Of a DNA stretch of 52,556 nt, positions 28,459 through 37,809 are shown in pieces. Every line of letters starts with the position of its first letter. Within the stretch, counting starts at the first letter, position 1. Made by a program: the position numbers and the translations under genes. Source of the DNA: a bacterium (GTDB lineage Bacteria > Acidobacteriota > Blastocatellia > HR10); the NCBI GenBank assembly GCA_041640655.1, contig JBEPZV010000013.1, positions 1 through 52,556 of the forward strand, given 5' to 3'. The notes below the pieces were generated by a model, which searched no databases, was not told where the DNA came from, and saw only the letters and a program-made list of their open reading frames with translations.

Positions 28459-29784
28459 ATGGCGCTTGTGGAGCGGTGGTTTCGCGTGAGCGAGCTGGGG
28501 ACGACGATCCGCACGGAAGCGCTCGCGGGGGTGACGACTTTCCTGACGATGGCGTACATCATCTTCGTGCAGCCGGCCGTGCTGAGCGCCGCGGGCATGG
28601 ATTTCGGCGCGGTGCTGGTCGCCACGTGCCTCTCCAGCGCAGGGGCGACGCTGCTGATGGCCTTTCTGGCTAACTATCCGATCGCCGTCGCTCCGGCTAT
28701 GGGGCACAACATCTTCTTCGTCTACACGGTCGTCCTGGGCATGGGGGTGCCGTGGCCGATCGCCCTCGGTGCGGTCGCCTGGGCCGGGATCGTCTTCATC
28801 CTCACGGCGGGGATCGGGCTGCGCGAGCGGCTCATCACGGCCATTCCCGCTTCGCTCAAGCACGCCATTGCGGCGGGGATTGGACTGCTCATCGCCACGA
28901 TCGGCCTCCAGTGGGCGGGCGTGATCGTCGCCTCGCCGAAGACGCTGGTGACCCTGGGCGAGGTGACATCGCCTCCGGTCCTGCTCGCCCTCTTCGGGCT
29001 CGCCGTCATGGCGGTGCTCTTCGCACGGGGCATCCGCGGAGCTGTCCTCTGGGGGATTCTGCTCACCACCGGCGTCGGGCTCCTCTTCGGACTCGTGCGG
29101 TATCAGGGGCTCATCAGTCGCCCGCCGTCGTTGGCGCCCACGTTGCTGCGCCTGGATTTGCTGGGCGCGCTGCGGCCGCAGATGCTGGAAGCGATCTTCG
29201 TCTTCTTCTTTCTGGCGCTCTTCGATTCGGTGGGGACGCTCGTGGGCGTGGCCGGGCAGGCGGGGCTCTTGCGCGACGGCGTGCTGCCGCGCGCGCGCGA
29301 AGCCCTGTTGGCCGATGCCATCGGCACTGTCGGCGGCGCCCTGCTCGGGACCTCCACGGTCACCGCCTACATCGAGAGCGCGACGGGCGTCGCCGCGGGC
29401 GGGCGCACGGGATTGGCGAATCTGGTGACAGCTGCGCTCTTTCTGCTATCGCTCCTCTTCTATCCGCTGGTGCGCATGATCGGCGGAGGGTATCACACGG
29501 CGCAGGGGACGACGCTCTATCCGGTCATCGCGCCCGCGCTTGTTCTGGTGGGGACGCTCATGATGAAGGAGGCGGCGCGAATCCCGTGGGAGGAGATGAC
29601 GGAGGCGATCCCCGCCTTTCTGACGATGGTCATGATGCCGCTGTCGCTCAGCATCACCGATGGAATCGCCTTCGGCTTCATCGCGTATGCCCTCGTGAAG
29701 CTGGCGGCCGGGCGCGGGCGCGAAGTGCACTGGTTCATCTACCTCTTCGCCGCCCTCTTCGGGCTCCGCTACGCCGTGGCGTAG
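28459..29784 (+). CDS. NCS2/AzgA family purine permease
   Basis: TTFLTMAYIIFVQP, APAMG, YIESATGVAAGGRTGL, SITDGIAFG. Confidence 0.94.
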   Translation: MALVERWFRVSELGTTIRTEALAGVTTFLTMAYIIFVQPAVLSAAGMDFGAVLVATCLSSAGATLLMAFLANYPIAVAPAMGHNIFFVYTVVLGMGVPWPIALGAVAWAGIVFILTAGIGLRERLITAIPASLKHAIAAGIGLLIATIGLQWAGVIVASPKTLVTLGEVTSPPVLLALFGLAVMAVLFARGIRGAVLWGILLTTGVGLLFGLVRYQGLISRPPSLAPTLLRLDLLGALRPQMLEAIFVFFFLALFDSVGTLVGVAGQAGLLRDGVLPRAREALLADAIGTVGGALLGTSTVTAYIESATGVAAGGRTGLANLVTAALFLLSLLFYPLVRMIGGGYHTAQGTTLYPVIAPALVLVGTLMMKEAARIPWEEMTEAIPAFLTMVMMPLSLSITDGIAFGFIAYALVKLAAGRGREVHWFIYLFAALFGLRYAVA

Positions 29785-29793
29785 TCTCGCGGA

Positions 29794-30723
29794 TCATGGG
29801 GTGAGGAGCGCGAGGGCGCCCTGCGCGATGAGGTGCTCGGCCAATTGCTGACCGAGTACGAGAGGCTCCGCCAGGGGACCGATGACGTGCGCCCTCAAAA
29901 GGCGCGTTCCATCTGCGCGGGCGATCATTCCGCGCAGGATCAGCCGGGTGGAATCCTCCGCGAGGATCTCGGCGTGAGCGGCGATCGGGACGTGGCATCC
30001 TCCACCGAGCCGGCGCAGGAACGCGCGCTCGGCTTCCACCGCCGAGCGCGTCGGCGGATGATCGAGCGGAGCCACCAGGGCATTCACCTCTTCGTCATCG
30101 GCGCGCGTCTCGATGGCGATGACCCCTTGTCCAATAGCGGGAATCAACACATCCGTGGGGATCCGCTCGACGATACGATGCTCCAGACCGAGGCGCACGA
30201 GTCCGGCGGCAGCGAGCACGATGGCATCATAGTGGCCTTCATCGAGCTTGCGCAGGCGCGTGTCCACGTTCCCGCGCAGGGGCCGAATGTCGAGGTCAGG
30301 GCGAAGCGCGCGCAATTGCGCGGCGCGGCGCACGCTGCTTGTTCCGACGCGCGCCCCTTCGGGGAGCGCCCGCACCGTCCCGTGCCCCGTGCGCGTGATC
30401 AGGGCATCGCGCGGGTCCTCGCGCTCCAGGACGGCAGCCAGGCACAACCCCGCGGGGATCTCCACCGGCATATCTTTCAGACTGTGGACGGCCAGATCGA
30501 TCTCACGGGCGAGCAGGGCTTCCTCGAGTTCTTTGATGAAGAGGCCCTTGCCGCCAAAGGCCGTGAGAGGATGGTCAGTGAGGCGATCACCGCTGGTTTT
30601 GATGATCTTCACCGTGAGGGAGAGTTGTGGATTCTGCGCCGCGAGTCTCACGCGGACGATCTCGGCCTGGCGCAGCGCCAATGCGCTCCCGCGCGATCCG
30701 ATGATCAGAGATGAGCGCCTCAT
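29794..30723 (-). CDS. hemC: Hydroxymethylbilane synthase
   Basis: GSRGSALAL, GKGLFIKELE, VHSLKD, GTSSVRR, RGNVDTRL, GGCHVP. Confidence 0.98.
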   Translation of the reverse strand: MRRSSLIIGSRGSALALRQAEIVRVRLAAQNPQLSLTVKIIKTSGDRLTDHPLTAFGGKGLFIKELEEALLAREIDLAVHSLKDMPVEIPAGLCLAAVLEREDPRDALITRTGHGTVRALPEGARVGTSSVRRAAQLRALRPDLDIRPLRGNVDTRLRKLDEGHYDAIVLAAAGLVRLGLEHRIVERIPTDVLIPAIGQGVIAIETRADDEEVNALVAPLDHPPTRSAVEAERAFLRRLGGGCHVPIAAHAEILAEDSTRLILRGMIARADGTRLLRAHVIGPLAEPLVLGQQLAEHLIAQGALALLTP

Positions 30724-32039
30724 CGCGGGGATCGAGATTCGCGCGAAGCCGATAGGGAGGGGTCCCTCGCCTCCAGGACGTCGCGCCATAGTTCCAGGAA
30801 GCTCACATCCTCGGGATGGCGCAGCCCCTCGCGCGCCGCGTGATGCAAGCGCGCGATCGCCGGGTGAGCGAGTTTGTTGATGATGCCTTCCAGCAGATGG
30901 TGCAGCGCGCGCTCCTGCTCCGGCGTGAGCGTGCCGAGATACCGCCGATGGCGCTCCAATTCGCCGTAGGCGATCTCCTCCAAGCGGCGTCGAAAGGCGG
31001 CGATCACAGGACCGATCTCCAGGCTGCGGAGCGCCTTCATGAACGCCTCCACGGCCTGATCCACGATCACCTCCGCGCGCGCCGCTTCGGAGCGGCGGTG
31101 CTCACGATGCATGCGCACGATCTGCTCCAGGTCATCAATGTCGTAGAGGAACACGTTGGCGAGCTGTCCGACGCTCGGCTCCACCGTGCGCGGGACGGAG
31201 ATATCGATGAGGAAGAGGGGGCGATGGCGTCGCGCGAGCATGGCGGCCGCCACATGCTCGCGTCGCACGACGTACTCGGTCCCTCCCACCGAGCAGATGA
31301 GGATGTCCGCGCGCGCGATCGCCGAAGTCAGCGCCTCGAAGGAGAGCGCCTCCGCCCCGAAGTGAGCGGCGAGCTGCTCGGCGCGCTCCCGCGTACGATT
31401 GCAGATGAGCAGATGACGGACGCCGGAGGTCATGAGATGCCGGACGGCCAGTTCGGCCATCTTCCCCGCTCCGATCAGCAAGACCGTCCGCTCCTGGAGG
31501 TCCTCGAAGATCTTGCGCGCCAGCTCGACGGCGACGGAGCTGACCGAGACGGCCATCGTTCCGACAGCCGTCTCCGTGCGCACGCGCTTGGCGACCGAGA
31601 AGGCGCGCGGCAAAAGCAGATGGAGCGTCTTGCCCACCGTTCCGGCCGCTGCCGCCTGCGCATATGCCGCCTTCACTTGTCCGAAGATCTGCGGTTCCCC
31701 AAGGACCATCGAGTCCAAGCCCGCCGTGACGCGGAACAGATGCCGAACGGCCTCCCGATCCACATAGTGGTAGAGGGAGGCCTCGTACTCGCCCGCGGGA
31801 ATCTGCTGTCGCTGGCTCAGGAAGGCGCGGATACGCTCCAGGGCCGCGCGCTCGGAGAGGGGGGTGACGGCGAGGACCTCCACGCGGTTACACGTGGAGA
31901 GGATCAGACCTTCGGTGATCGTCGTGCCATCCACAAGCTGCCGCAGGGCCTCGGGGAGCTCCGCGTCTGCGAAGGCCAGGCGCTCGCGCACCTCCACAGG
32001 CGCCGTGCGGTGATTCATCCCGACGAGCACGATCGTCAT
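30720..32039 (-). CDS. hemA: Glutamyl-tRNA reductase
   Basis: HRTAPVEVRE, STCNRVE, GLDSMVLGEPQI, GAGKMA. Confidence 0.98.
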   Translation of the reverse strand: MTIVLVGMNHRTAPVEVRERLAFADAELPEALRQLVDGTTITEGLILSTCNRVEVLAVTPLSERAALERIRAFLSQRQQIPAGEYEASLYHYVDREAVRHLFRVTAGLDSMVLGEPQIFGQVKAAYAQAAAAGTVGKTLHLLLPRAFSVAKRVRTETAVGTMAVSVSSVAVELARKIFEDLQERTVLLIGAGKMAELAVRHLMTSGVRHLLICNRTRERAEQLAAHFGAEALSFEALTSAIARADILICSVGGTEYVVRREHVAAAMLARRHRPLFLIDISVPRTVEPSVGQLANVFLYDIDDLEQIVRMHREHRRSEAARAEVIVDQAVEAFMKALRSLEIGPVIAAFRRRLEEIAYGELERHRRYLGTLTPEQERALHHLLEGIINKLAHPAIARLHHAAREGLRHPEDVSFLELWRDVLEARDPSLSASRESRSPR

Positions 32040-32860
32040 AAGATGTGCCCGAACAGACGGGCGCTCGTGAAGACGGCGGCCGTCGCCAGAAACCCCACGA
32101 TGAGCAGCAGCGCTGCCCGACGACCGCGCCAGCCCGCCGCCAGCCGATAATGCACGACGATCAGGTAGAAGAGCCAGGTGATGAGAGCGAGCACGATGAT
32201 GGGATCGCCGCGCCAGAAGACCGGATCGCTCCGACGCAGCAAGATGATCCCCGTCCCGATCCCGAACGTGAGCATGAGGAAGCCAAACAGCAGCGACCGA
32301 TGGCCGATCGTCTCACAGGTGGAGAGGGAGGGGAAATACCGGTAGATGAACCCGAAGCGTTTGCGCTTCAGCTCGCGCTCTTGTAACAGGTACATCAACG
32401 CGGCCAGGAAGGCGAGCAGAAAGCCCGCGTAGGCGAGCATCATGAAGCCGATGTGCAGCGGAAGCGCCGGCATGCGCAGCAGGTCCTCCAACTCCTGTGG
32501 CAGCAATTTGAACCCGGTCGAGACGAGCGCCACCAGCACAAAGAGCAGGACGATCGGCAGCACGAAGATGCCGAGGACGTCGGTCCACCGCCGCTTCCTT
32601 TGCACGAGGAGATAATAGACGAGGATGGCCCACGCCAACAGGGCGAAGACCTCCTGTGTGCTGATGATCGGCACGTGCCCGAACCGCATCGTCGCGCGCA
32701 CAAGCCATAAGGTGTGCGCGCTGAGCCCAGCGATCAGCGGGAGGGCGAAGGGCCATCTCCCGAAGCGCGTCTCCCTCAGCCACAGGCTCACGATCAAATG
32801 AAGAAGGGCGAGCGCGTAGCCGATCGCTGTCCCCAGAAGCAACAGATCCGCGCGATCCAT
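32036..32860 (-). CDS. CcsA/HemX-like cytochrome c assembly family membrane protein
   Basis: Multiple TM helices, LHI, MYLLQERELK, W..DP, GWRGRRAA. Confidence 0.88.
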   Translation of the reverse strand: MDRADLLLLGTAIGYALALLHLIVSLWLRETRFGRWPFALPLIAGLSAHTLWLVRATMRFGHVPIISTQEVFALLAWAILVYYLLVQRKRRWTDVLGIFVLPIVLLFVLVALVSTGFKLLPQELEDLLRMPALPLHIGFMMLAYAGFLLAFLAALMYLLQERELKRKRFGFIYRYFPSLSTCETIGHRSLLFGFLMLTFGIGTGIILLRRSDPVFWRGDPIIVLALITWLFYLIVVHYRLAAGWRGRRAALLLIVGFLATAAVFTSARLFGHIL

Positions 32861-32939
32861 ACCGCGAGTGAGATTGTAGGCCCCAGGCCGGTGATCGGTC
32901 AATCGCCTCTCGCCTCCGAGGGGGGCCGACGGCTTTCGC

Positions 32940-34121
32940 TCACGCGAAGACGCGCCGAATCTGATAGGTCGTCGTGCGCTCGGCCGGGATGCGGCCCAAC
33001 TCGCGGATGCGCGCGTGGAATTCTTCCGGCGCCAGATATTGGCCGGCCGTGGCGCCCGCCAGCCGCGAGATGTTCTCCTCCATGAGCGTGCCCCCGTAGT
33101 CGTTGGCTCCGGCTTGCAGGCACTGCTGCGAGAGCGCGCGTCCGAGCTTCACCCAGGAGACCTGAATGTTCTCGATCCACCCGCGCAGGAGCAACCGCGC
33201 GAGCGCGTGCACCTTCAGATGTTCCTCTCGGGTCGGACCGGGACGCGCCTTCCCGCTCTTGTAGAGCGCTGTGTTCCACGGGACGAAGCCCAAGGGGACG
33301 AATTCCGTGAATCCCCCCGTGCGCTTTTGGATGTCGCGCAGAAGGAGCAAATGCCCGACCCAGTGCTCGGGCGTCTCCACATGCCCGTACATCATTGTCG
33401 AGGTCGAGCGGATGCCCAGCTCGTGCGCCGTCGTGATGACCTCGATCCATTGGGCGACGGTGAGCTTCTGCCGCGAGATCCGCCAGCGCACGGCGTCATC
33501 GAGGATCTCGGCGGCCGTTCCGGGCAGCGTGTCCAGGCCGTTCTCTTTCAGCATGAGCAGGTAATCGCGCAGCGGCATCCCCGTCCGCTCAACGCCGTAG
33601 ACGATCTCCATGGGCGAGAAGGCGTGGATGTGAATCTCGGGGACGCGTGCTTTGATGGCGCACAGGATGTCGCGGTAGAAGAAGCCATCCATCTCCGGAG
33701 GGAGTCCCCCTTGCACGCACACCTCGGTCGCGCCGCGTTGCCAGGCTTCGGCCGCTTTCTCCGCCACCTGTTCGAGCGTCAGCGCGTAGGCGTCTCTCTC
33801 CTTCGGGGTGCGACTGAAGGCGCAGAAGCTGCAGCCGACGAAGCAGATGTTCGTGAAGTTGATGTTACGGTTGACGACGTAGGTGACAATGTCGCCGACG
33901 GTCTCCTGCCGCACCCGATCGGCGACGGCGACCAGCGCCCGCACTTCCTCGCCCGTGGCCCGGGCCAGGCGCACGCCCTCTTCACGGCCCAATTCGCGCC
34001 CGTTCAGGGCCGCGTCCAGGATCCGAGCGATGTCGGGGGCCAGGCGCGCGAGCGCGCGCTCCGGAGATTCGACCTCGGGGACGAGCTCATCCGTGACATT
34101 CGGCATCGCCTGCTCCCTCAT
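32940..34121 (-). CDS. cofH: FO synthase subunit CofH (radical SAM)
   Basis: VTYVVNRNINFTNICFVGCSFCAF, GATEVCVQGG, PGTAAEIL, GGFTEFVPL, GGTLMEENISRLAG; overlaps cofG. Confidence 0.9.
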   Translation of the reverse strand: MREQAMPNVTDELVPEVESPERALARLAPDIARILDAALNGRELGREEGVRLARATGEEVRALVAVADRVRQETVGDIVTYVVNRNINFTNICFVGCSFCAFSRTPKERDAYALTLEQVAEKAAEAWQRGATEVCVQGGLPPEMDGFFYRDILCAIKARVPEIHIHAFSPMEIVYGVERTGMPLRDYLLMLKENGLDTLPGTAAEILDDAVRWRISRQKLTVAQWIEVITTAHELGIRSTSTMMYGHVETPEHWVGHLLLLRDIQKRTGGFTEFVPLGFVPWNTALYKSGKARPGPTREEHLKVHALARLLLRGWIENIQVSWVKLGRALSQQCLQAGANDYGGTLMEENISRLAGATAGQYLAPEEFHARIRELGRIPAERTTTYQIRRVFA

Positions 34122-35362
34122 ACGGGATACCCCTCCTCGGTCACGCGCGCCCAGACGCGCGCCGCGAGCGCGGGAGCGAGAAAGCCCGGCTTGCGGACGA
34201 ATTCCGGGTAGATGGCCAGCCGCTCCCGCAGCTCGAATCCACGCGCGCGCATCTGCTCGCGCAACCATTCGATTTGAGGCCACGGACGCTCGGGATTGAT
34301 ATAGTCGCGCGTGAGCGGGGAGATCCCTCCCCAGTCGTTGATCCCGGCCCGCAGCAGCACATCCAGAGCTTCCGTCGCCTTCGGCGAAGGCGCCCCCTGT
34401 GCCGCGGGGGCCTCCAGGACGAGATTCGGCGGGGCTTGAATGTTCATCGCCTCGCCAAAGAGGAGTCGGGCGACAGCCACCGTGCGCGCCAGGTCCTCCA
34501 GCGTCGGCTCCGGATGCGCTCGCATCGGCGTGTCCGGCTTCGCGCGAAAGTTCTGAATGATGATCTCCTGAATATGCCCGTAGGCCTCCTGCAGCGCGCG
34601 CAACTCCAGGAGCGAATCCACGCGTTCCTCCAGAGTCTCGCCGATCCCGATGAGCACGCCGGTCGTGAACGGGATGCGGAGGCGCCCGGCCTCGGCGATC
34701 GTGCGCAGCCGAAGGCGCGGATGCTTATCCGGAGCGCGGAAGTGCGGCCCTCCCGGTCGAAGCAGGCGCGGACTCGCGTTCTCCAGCATCAACCCCATGC
34801 TCACACTCACCTCTTTGAGGGCGCGCATGTCGGCCTCGGTCATCACGCCCGGGTTCAGGTGCGGCAGCAGCGTCGTCTCCCGCAACACGCGCGCGCACAC
34901 CTCCCGCAGGTAGCCGAGCGTCGTCTCATGCCCGAGCGCAGCGAGCGTCCGCCGCATCTCGGGGAAGGCGCGCTCCGGCTTATCGCCCAGGCTGAAGAGC
35001 GCCTCCTTGCACCCGAGCCGCTCCCCGGCCCGCGCGACCGCGAGCACCTCCTCGGGCGTCATCGTCTTCGCCGCGGGATCCCCGGGATCCTTCCGAAACG
35101 TACAATAGGCGCAGTAATCGCGGCACAGGTTGGTGAGCGGGAGAAAGACTTTCTTCGAGAAGGTGATCGTGCGTCCGCGTCCGCGGTCGCGCACGTCGGC
35201 GGCCGCCTCCAGAAGCGCCCACCACTCCTCTCCTTCCGCCTGAATCAGATGAAGTGCTTCCTCGCGCTCCAGGCGTCCGCCAGCGCGCGCTCTCTTCAAT
35301 GCCGCAGAGAACGCGCGATATGTGAATCGTCCGCGCTCGGGCGCCGTGGCGGTCTCGCGCAT
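34118..35362 (-). CDS. cofG: FO synthase subunit CofG (radical SAM)
   Basis: TFSKKVFLPLTNLCRDYCAYC, SMGLMLE, HIQEIIIQNF, IQAPPNL, DWGGISP, INPERPWP. Confidence 0.94.
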   Translation of the reverse strand: MRETATAPERGRFTYRAFSAALKRARAGGRLEREEALHLIQAEGEEWWALLEAAADVRDRGRGRTITFSKKVFLPLTNLCRDYCAYCTFRKDPGDPAAKTMTPEEVLAVARAGERLGCKEALFSLGDKPERAFPEMRRTLAALGHETTLGYLREVCARVLRETTLLPHLNPGVMTEADMRALKEVSVSMGLMLENASPRLLRPGGPHFRAPDKHPRLRLRTIAEAGRLRIPFTTGVLIGIGETLEERVDSLLELRALQEAYGHIQEIIIQNFRAKPDTPMRAHPEPTLEDLARTVAVARLLFGEAMNIQAPPNLVLEAPAAQGAPSPKATEALDVLLRAGINDWGGISPLTRDYINPERPWPQIEWLREQMRARGFELRERLAIYPEFVRKPGFLAPALAARVWARVTEEGYPV

Positions 35363-35573
35363 CTCCCCTCGCCCGTTCATCGTCGCGAGCATCAACTGTA
35401 TCGCACTTCGGCACGAGGCGCAAATGCCCTCCTCGATACGCCTTTGTGAAATCCCCCATGAGGTCGTAAAATGCCAATGGCCCTATGCCGAGGCACGACG
35501 CGCAGAGGATTGGAGGGTCGGGAGAGGGCGGAAGGCCTTTCCCCATGTCGCCGAGGGGCTGGAGGATCATCCG

Positions 35574-36428
35574 ATGAATCTCTTCTTCCTCGCTCGCCGT
35601 TTCGTCGCCGGCGTGGACGTCGAGAGCGCCATCCGGGTTGTTCGGGGATTGAACCAGAAGGGGTTGCGGGCCACGCTGGATTTCCTCGGAGAGAACGTCC
35701 GCGATCGCGCGCAGGCGGAGCGGGCGGTCGAAGCCTACGGCCAGCTCCTGGAGCAAATCGCGAGGGCGGGGATCGAATCGGACATCTCGGTGAAGCTGAC
35801 GCAGCTCGGCTTGGACATCAGCGACGCCTTCTGCGAGGCGAATATGGAGCGATTGCTCGCTCGCGCGAGCGCATGCGGGAACTTCGTGTGGATCGACATG
35901 GAGGGATCGGCCTACACGCAGCGCACGCTGGACCTCTTCTTCCGCCTCTTTCGCACGCATCCGAATGTCGGCGTGGCGATCCAGGCCTATCTCTACCGCA
36001 GCGAGCAGGACGTTCGTCGTCTCGCCGATGTTGGCGCGCGCGTGCGCTTGTGCAAGGGGGCATACAGAGAGCCGAAGACGATCGCCTATCGGCGGATGCG
36101 CGACATCCGGCGCAATTTCCTTCGCCTGGCGGAGATCCTCCTGGAGCGCGGGAGGGAACCGGCCATCGCCACGCACGACGACCAGCTCCTTGAGGCGGTC
36201 ACGCGATGGACGGCCGAGCGCGGCATCGGTCCGGAGCGCTTCGAGTTCCAAATGCTCTATGGCATTCGGCCGCGCGCGCAAGAGGCGCTGGCCCGGGCGG
36301 GCTATCGCGTGCGCATCTATGTCCCCTTCGGCACACATTGGTTCCCGTATTTCTCTCGTCGGCTGCGAGAGCGGAAGGAGAACGTGTGGTTCGTCGTGCG
36401 AAACCTCTTCGAGTGGTCGCGCGCGTGA
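35574..36428 (+). CDS. Monofunctional proline dehydrogenase
   Basis: RRFVAG, LDFLGE, SVKLTQLG, IDME, RLCKGAY, IATHD, FQMLYG, YVPFG, RRLRER. Confidence 0.95.
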   Translation: MNLFFLARRFVAGVDVESAIRVVRGLNQKGLRATLDFLGENVRDRAQAERAVEAYGQLLEQIARAGIESDISVKLTQLGLDISDAFCEANMERLLARASACGNFVWIDMEGSAYTQRTLDLFFRLFRTHPNVGVAIQAYLYRSEQDVRRLADVGARVRLCKGAYREPKTIAYRRMRDIRRNFLRLAEILLERGREPAIATHDDQLLEAVTRWTAERGIGPERFEFQMLYGIRPRAQEALARAGYRVRIYVPFGTHWFPYFSRRLRERKENVWFVVRNLFEWSRA

Positions 36429-36437
36429 GGTGGCGCC

Positions 36438-36959
36438 TCACCAGGCGACGCGCACGACGTGATGGGGAGAGATGCGCACGTAACCGCGCTCGCGCGCGAA
36501 GCGCACGATATCGCGCAGCAGCTGCACATCGCGACGGCAGTATTCGACGACCCGTTCGATGTCACCACTGCGCCACCATCGGACGGCATCCTCCCCGCTT
36601 CCGCTCTTGCTCTGTCCCAGGGTCGCCCGAACCAGAGACTCCAGAGAGACGCGGCGCGCGAGCTTCCGCCTGAGGTCCGCGTGCAGATCGAGCGATTTGA
36701 TGTAGAGCTTCCCCACCGGGCCGTAGCCGCTCAGGACGGAGAAATCGAAACGCTCGCCGTTGAACGTGATGATGCGATCGAAGGTCTCCAATTCGGCGAT
36801 GAGGCGCGGGGCATCCGCTTCAAACCACACGCGGAAGTCGTGCGCGTCATCCCAGGTGACGGCGACGGCGAGGCCGAAGGCGCGAATGTTCGTCCATCCG
36901 CCCGGCACCTCGTGCGCCAGCTTCTGCGTCTCTACGTCGAGATAGATCTCGCGGGGCAT
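36438..36959 (-). CDS. Stand-alone RNase H-like DEDD exonuclease domain protein
   Basis: YLDVET, FNGERFD, YCRRDV. Confidence 0.85.
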   Translation of the reverse strand: MPREIYLDVETQKLAHEVPGGWTNIRAFGLAVAVTWDDAHDFRVWFEADAPRLIAELETFDRIITFNGERFDFSVLSGYGPVGKLYIKSLDLHADLRRKLARRVSLESLVRATLGQSKSGSGEDAVRWWRSGDIERVVEYCRRDVQLLRDIVRFARERGYVRISPHHVVRVAW

Positions 36960-37687
36960 GCGACCTCCGAGACGGCCGATTCCGGGAGCGCCGATGCGAT
37001 GGCGCGGCGGACCCCCGCGATCAGAGATTCGATGGTCTCCGCGCAGTAGGACGTCGTCGGAATCGGATCATGCACGATGACCCGAATGCGTCCGGGCCGA
37101 CAGCGCACCGGTCCTTTGGGCATCACGTCGTAGGCCCCGCGAATCGTCACGGGGACGATCGGCACACCCGCCTCCAGCGCCAGGAGGAAAACGCCTTTGC
37201 GAAAGGGTTGCAACGTCCCATCGGGCGTGCGCGTGCCCTCGGGATAGGCGAGGAAGCTGACGCCGCGCCTCAGCTTCTCGGCCGCGCCGCGCAGGCTCTC
37301 GATCGCTCGCTCGCGATTGGAGCGGTCAATCGGCACGCACTCGATCCAATGCAACCCCGGATTCAGCAGAGGCCATCGAAACAGCTCTTTCTTCGCCAAG
37401 AAGGCGAGATCGCGCCCGAGGCCAACCAGCTGAATGAGTGGATCGAGCAGGCTTTGATGGTTCGAGAGGAAGAGATAGGCCTGATGTGGATCGAGCTTCT
37501 CCACGCCCACGACATCGAAGCGCACGCCGCCAAGACGCAGCCCGATCCGAATGAAGAATCGGGCCGAGGCATACAACACCCGCTTCCGCCGAGACAACAA
37601 AAAGAGCGCGAACACCGGCGGTGCGATCACAGCGAGGCTGAGGCCCCAGAAGGCGAGCACCGCCCATCCGCGCGCGCGATCCCTCAT
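36932..37687 (-). CDS. plsC: 1-acyl-sn-glycerol-3-phosphate acyltransferase family
   Basis: NHQSLLD, AKKEL, IDR, YPEGTR, PIVPV. Confidence 0.9.
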   Translation of the reverse strand: MRDRARGWAVLAFWGLSLAVIAPPVFALFLLSRRKRVLYASARFFIRIGLRLGGVRFDVVGVEKLDPHQAYLFLSNHQSLLDPLIQLVGLGRDLAFLAKKELFRWPLLNPGLHWIECVPIDRSNRERAIESLRGAAEKLRRGVSFLAYPEGTRTPDGTLQPFRKGVFLLALEAGVPIVPVTIRGAYDVMPKGPVRCRPGRIRVIVHDPIPTTSYCAETIESLIAGVRRAIASALPESAVSEVACPARSIST

Positions 37688-37809
37688 CGCCACCGTTCCT
37701 CCGTGCGCCGCTTGCTGCGGGTCGAGGATATGATAAACTCTTGCCCTCCGCCCGAACAATGTGGGGAGGAGAGGGAAAGCGAAACCGAAGGTCTTTCGGA
37801 GGAGTGGGT

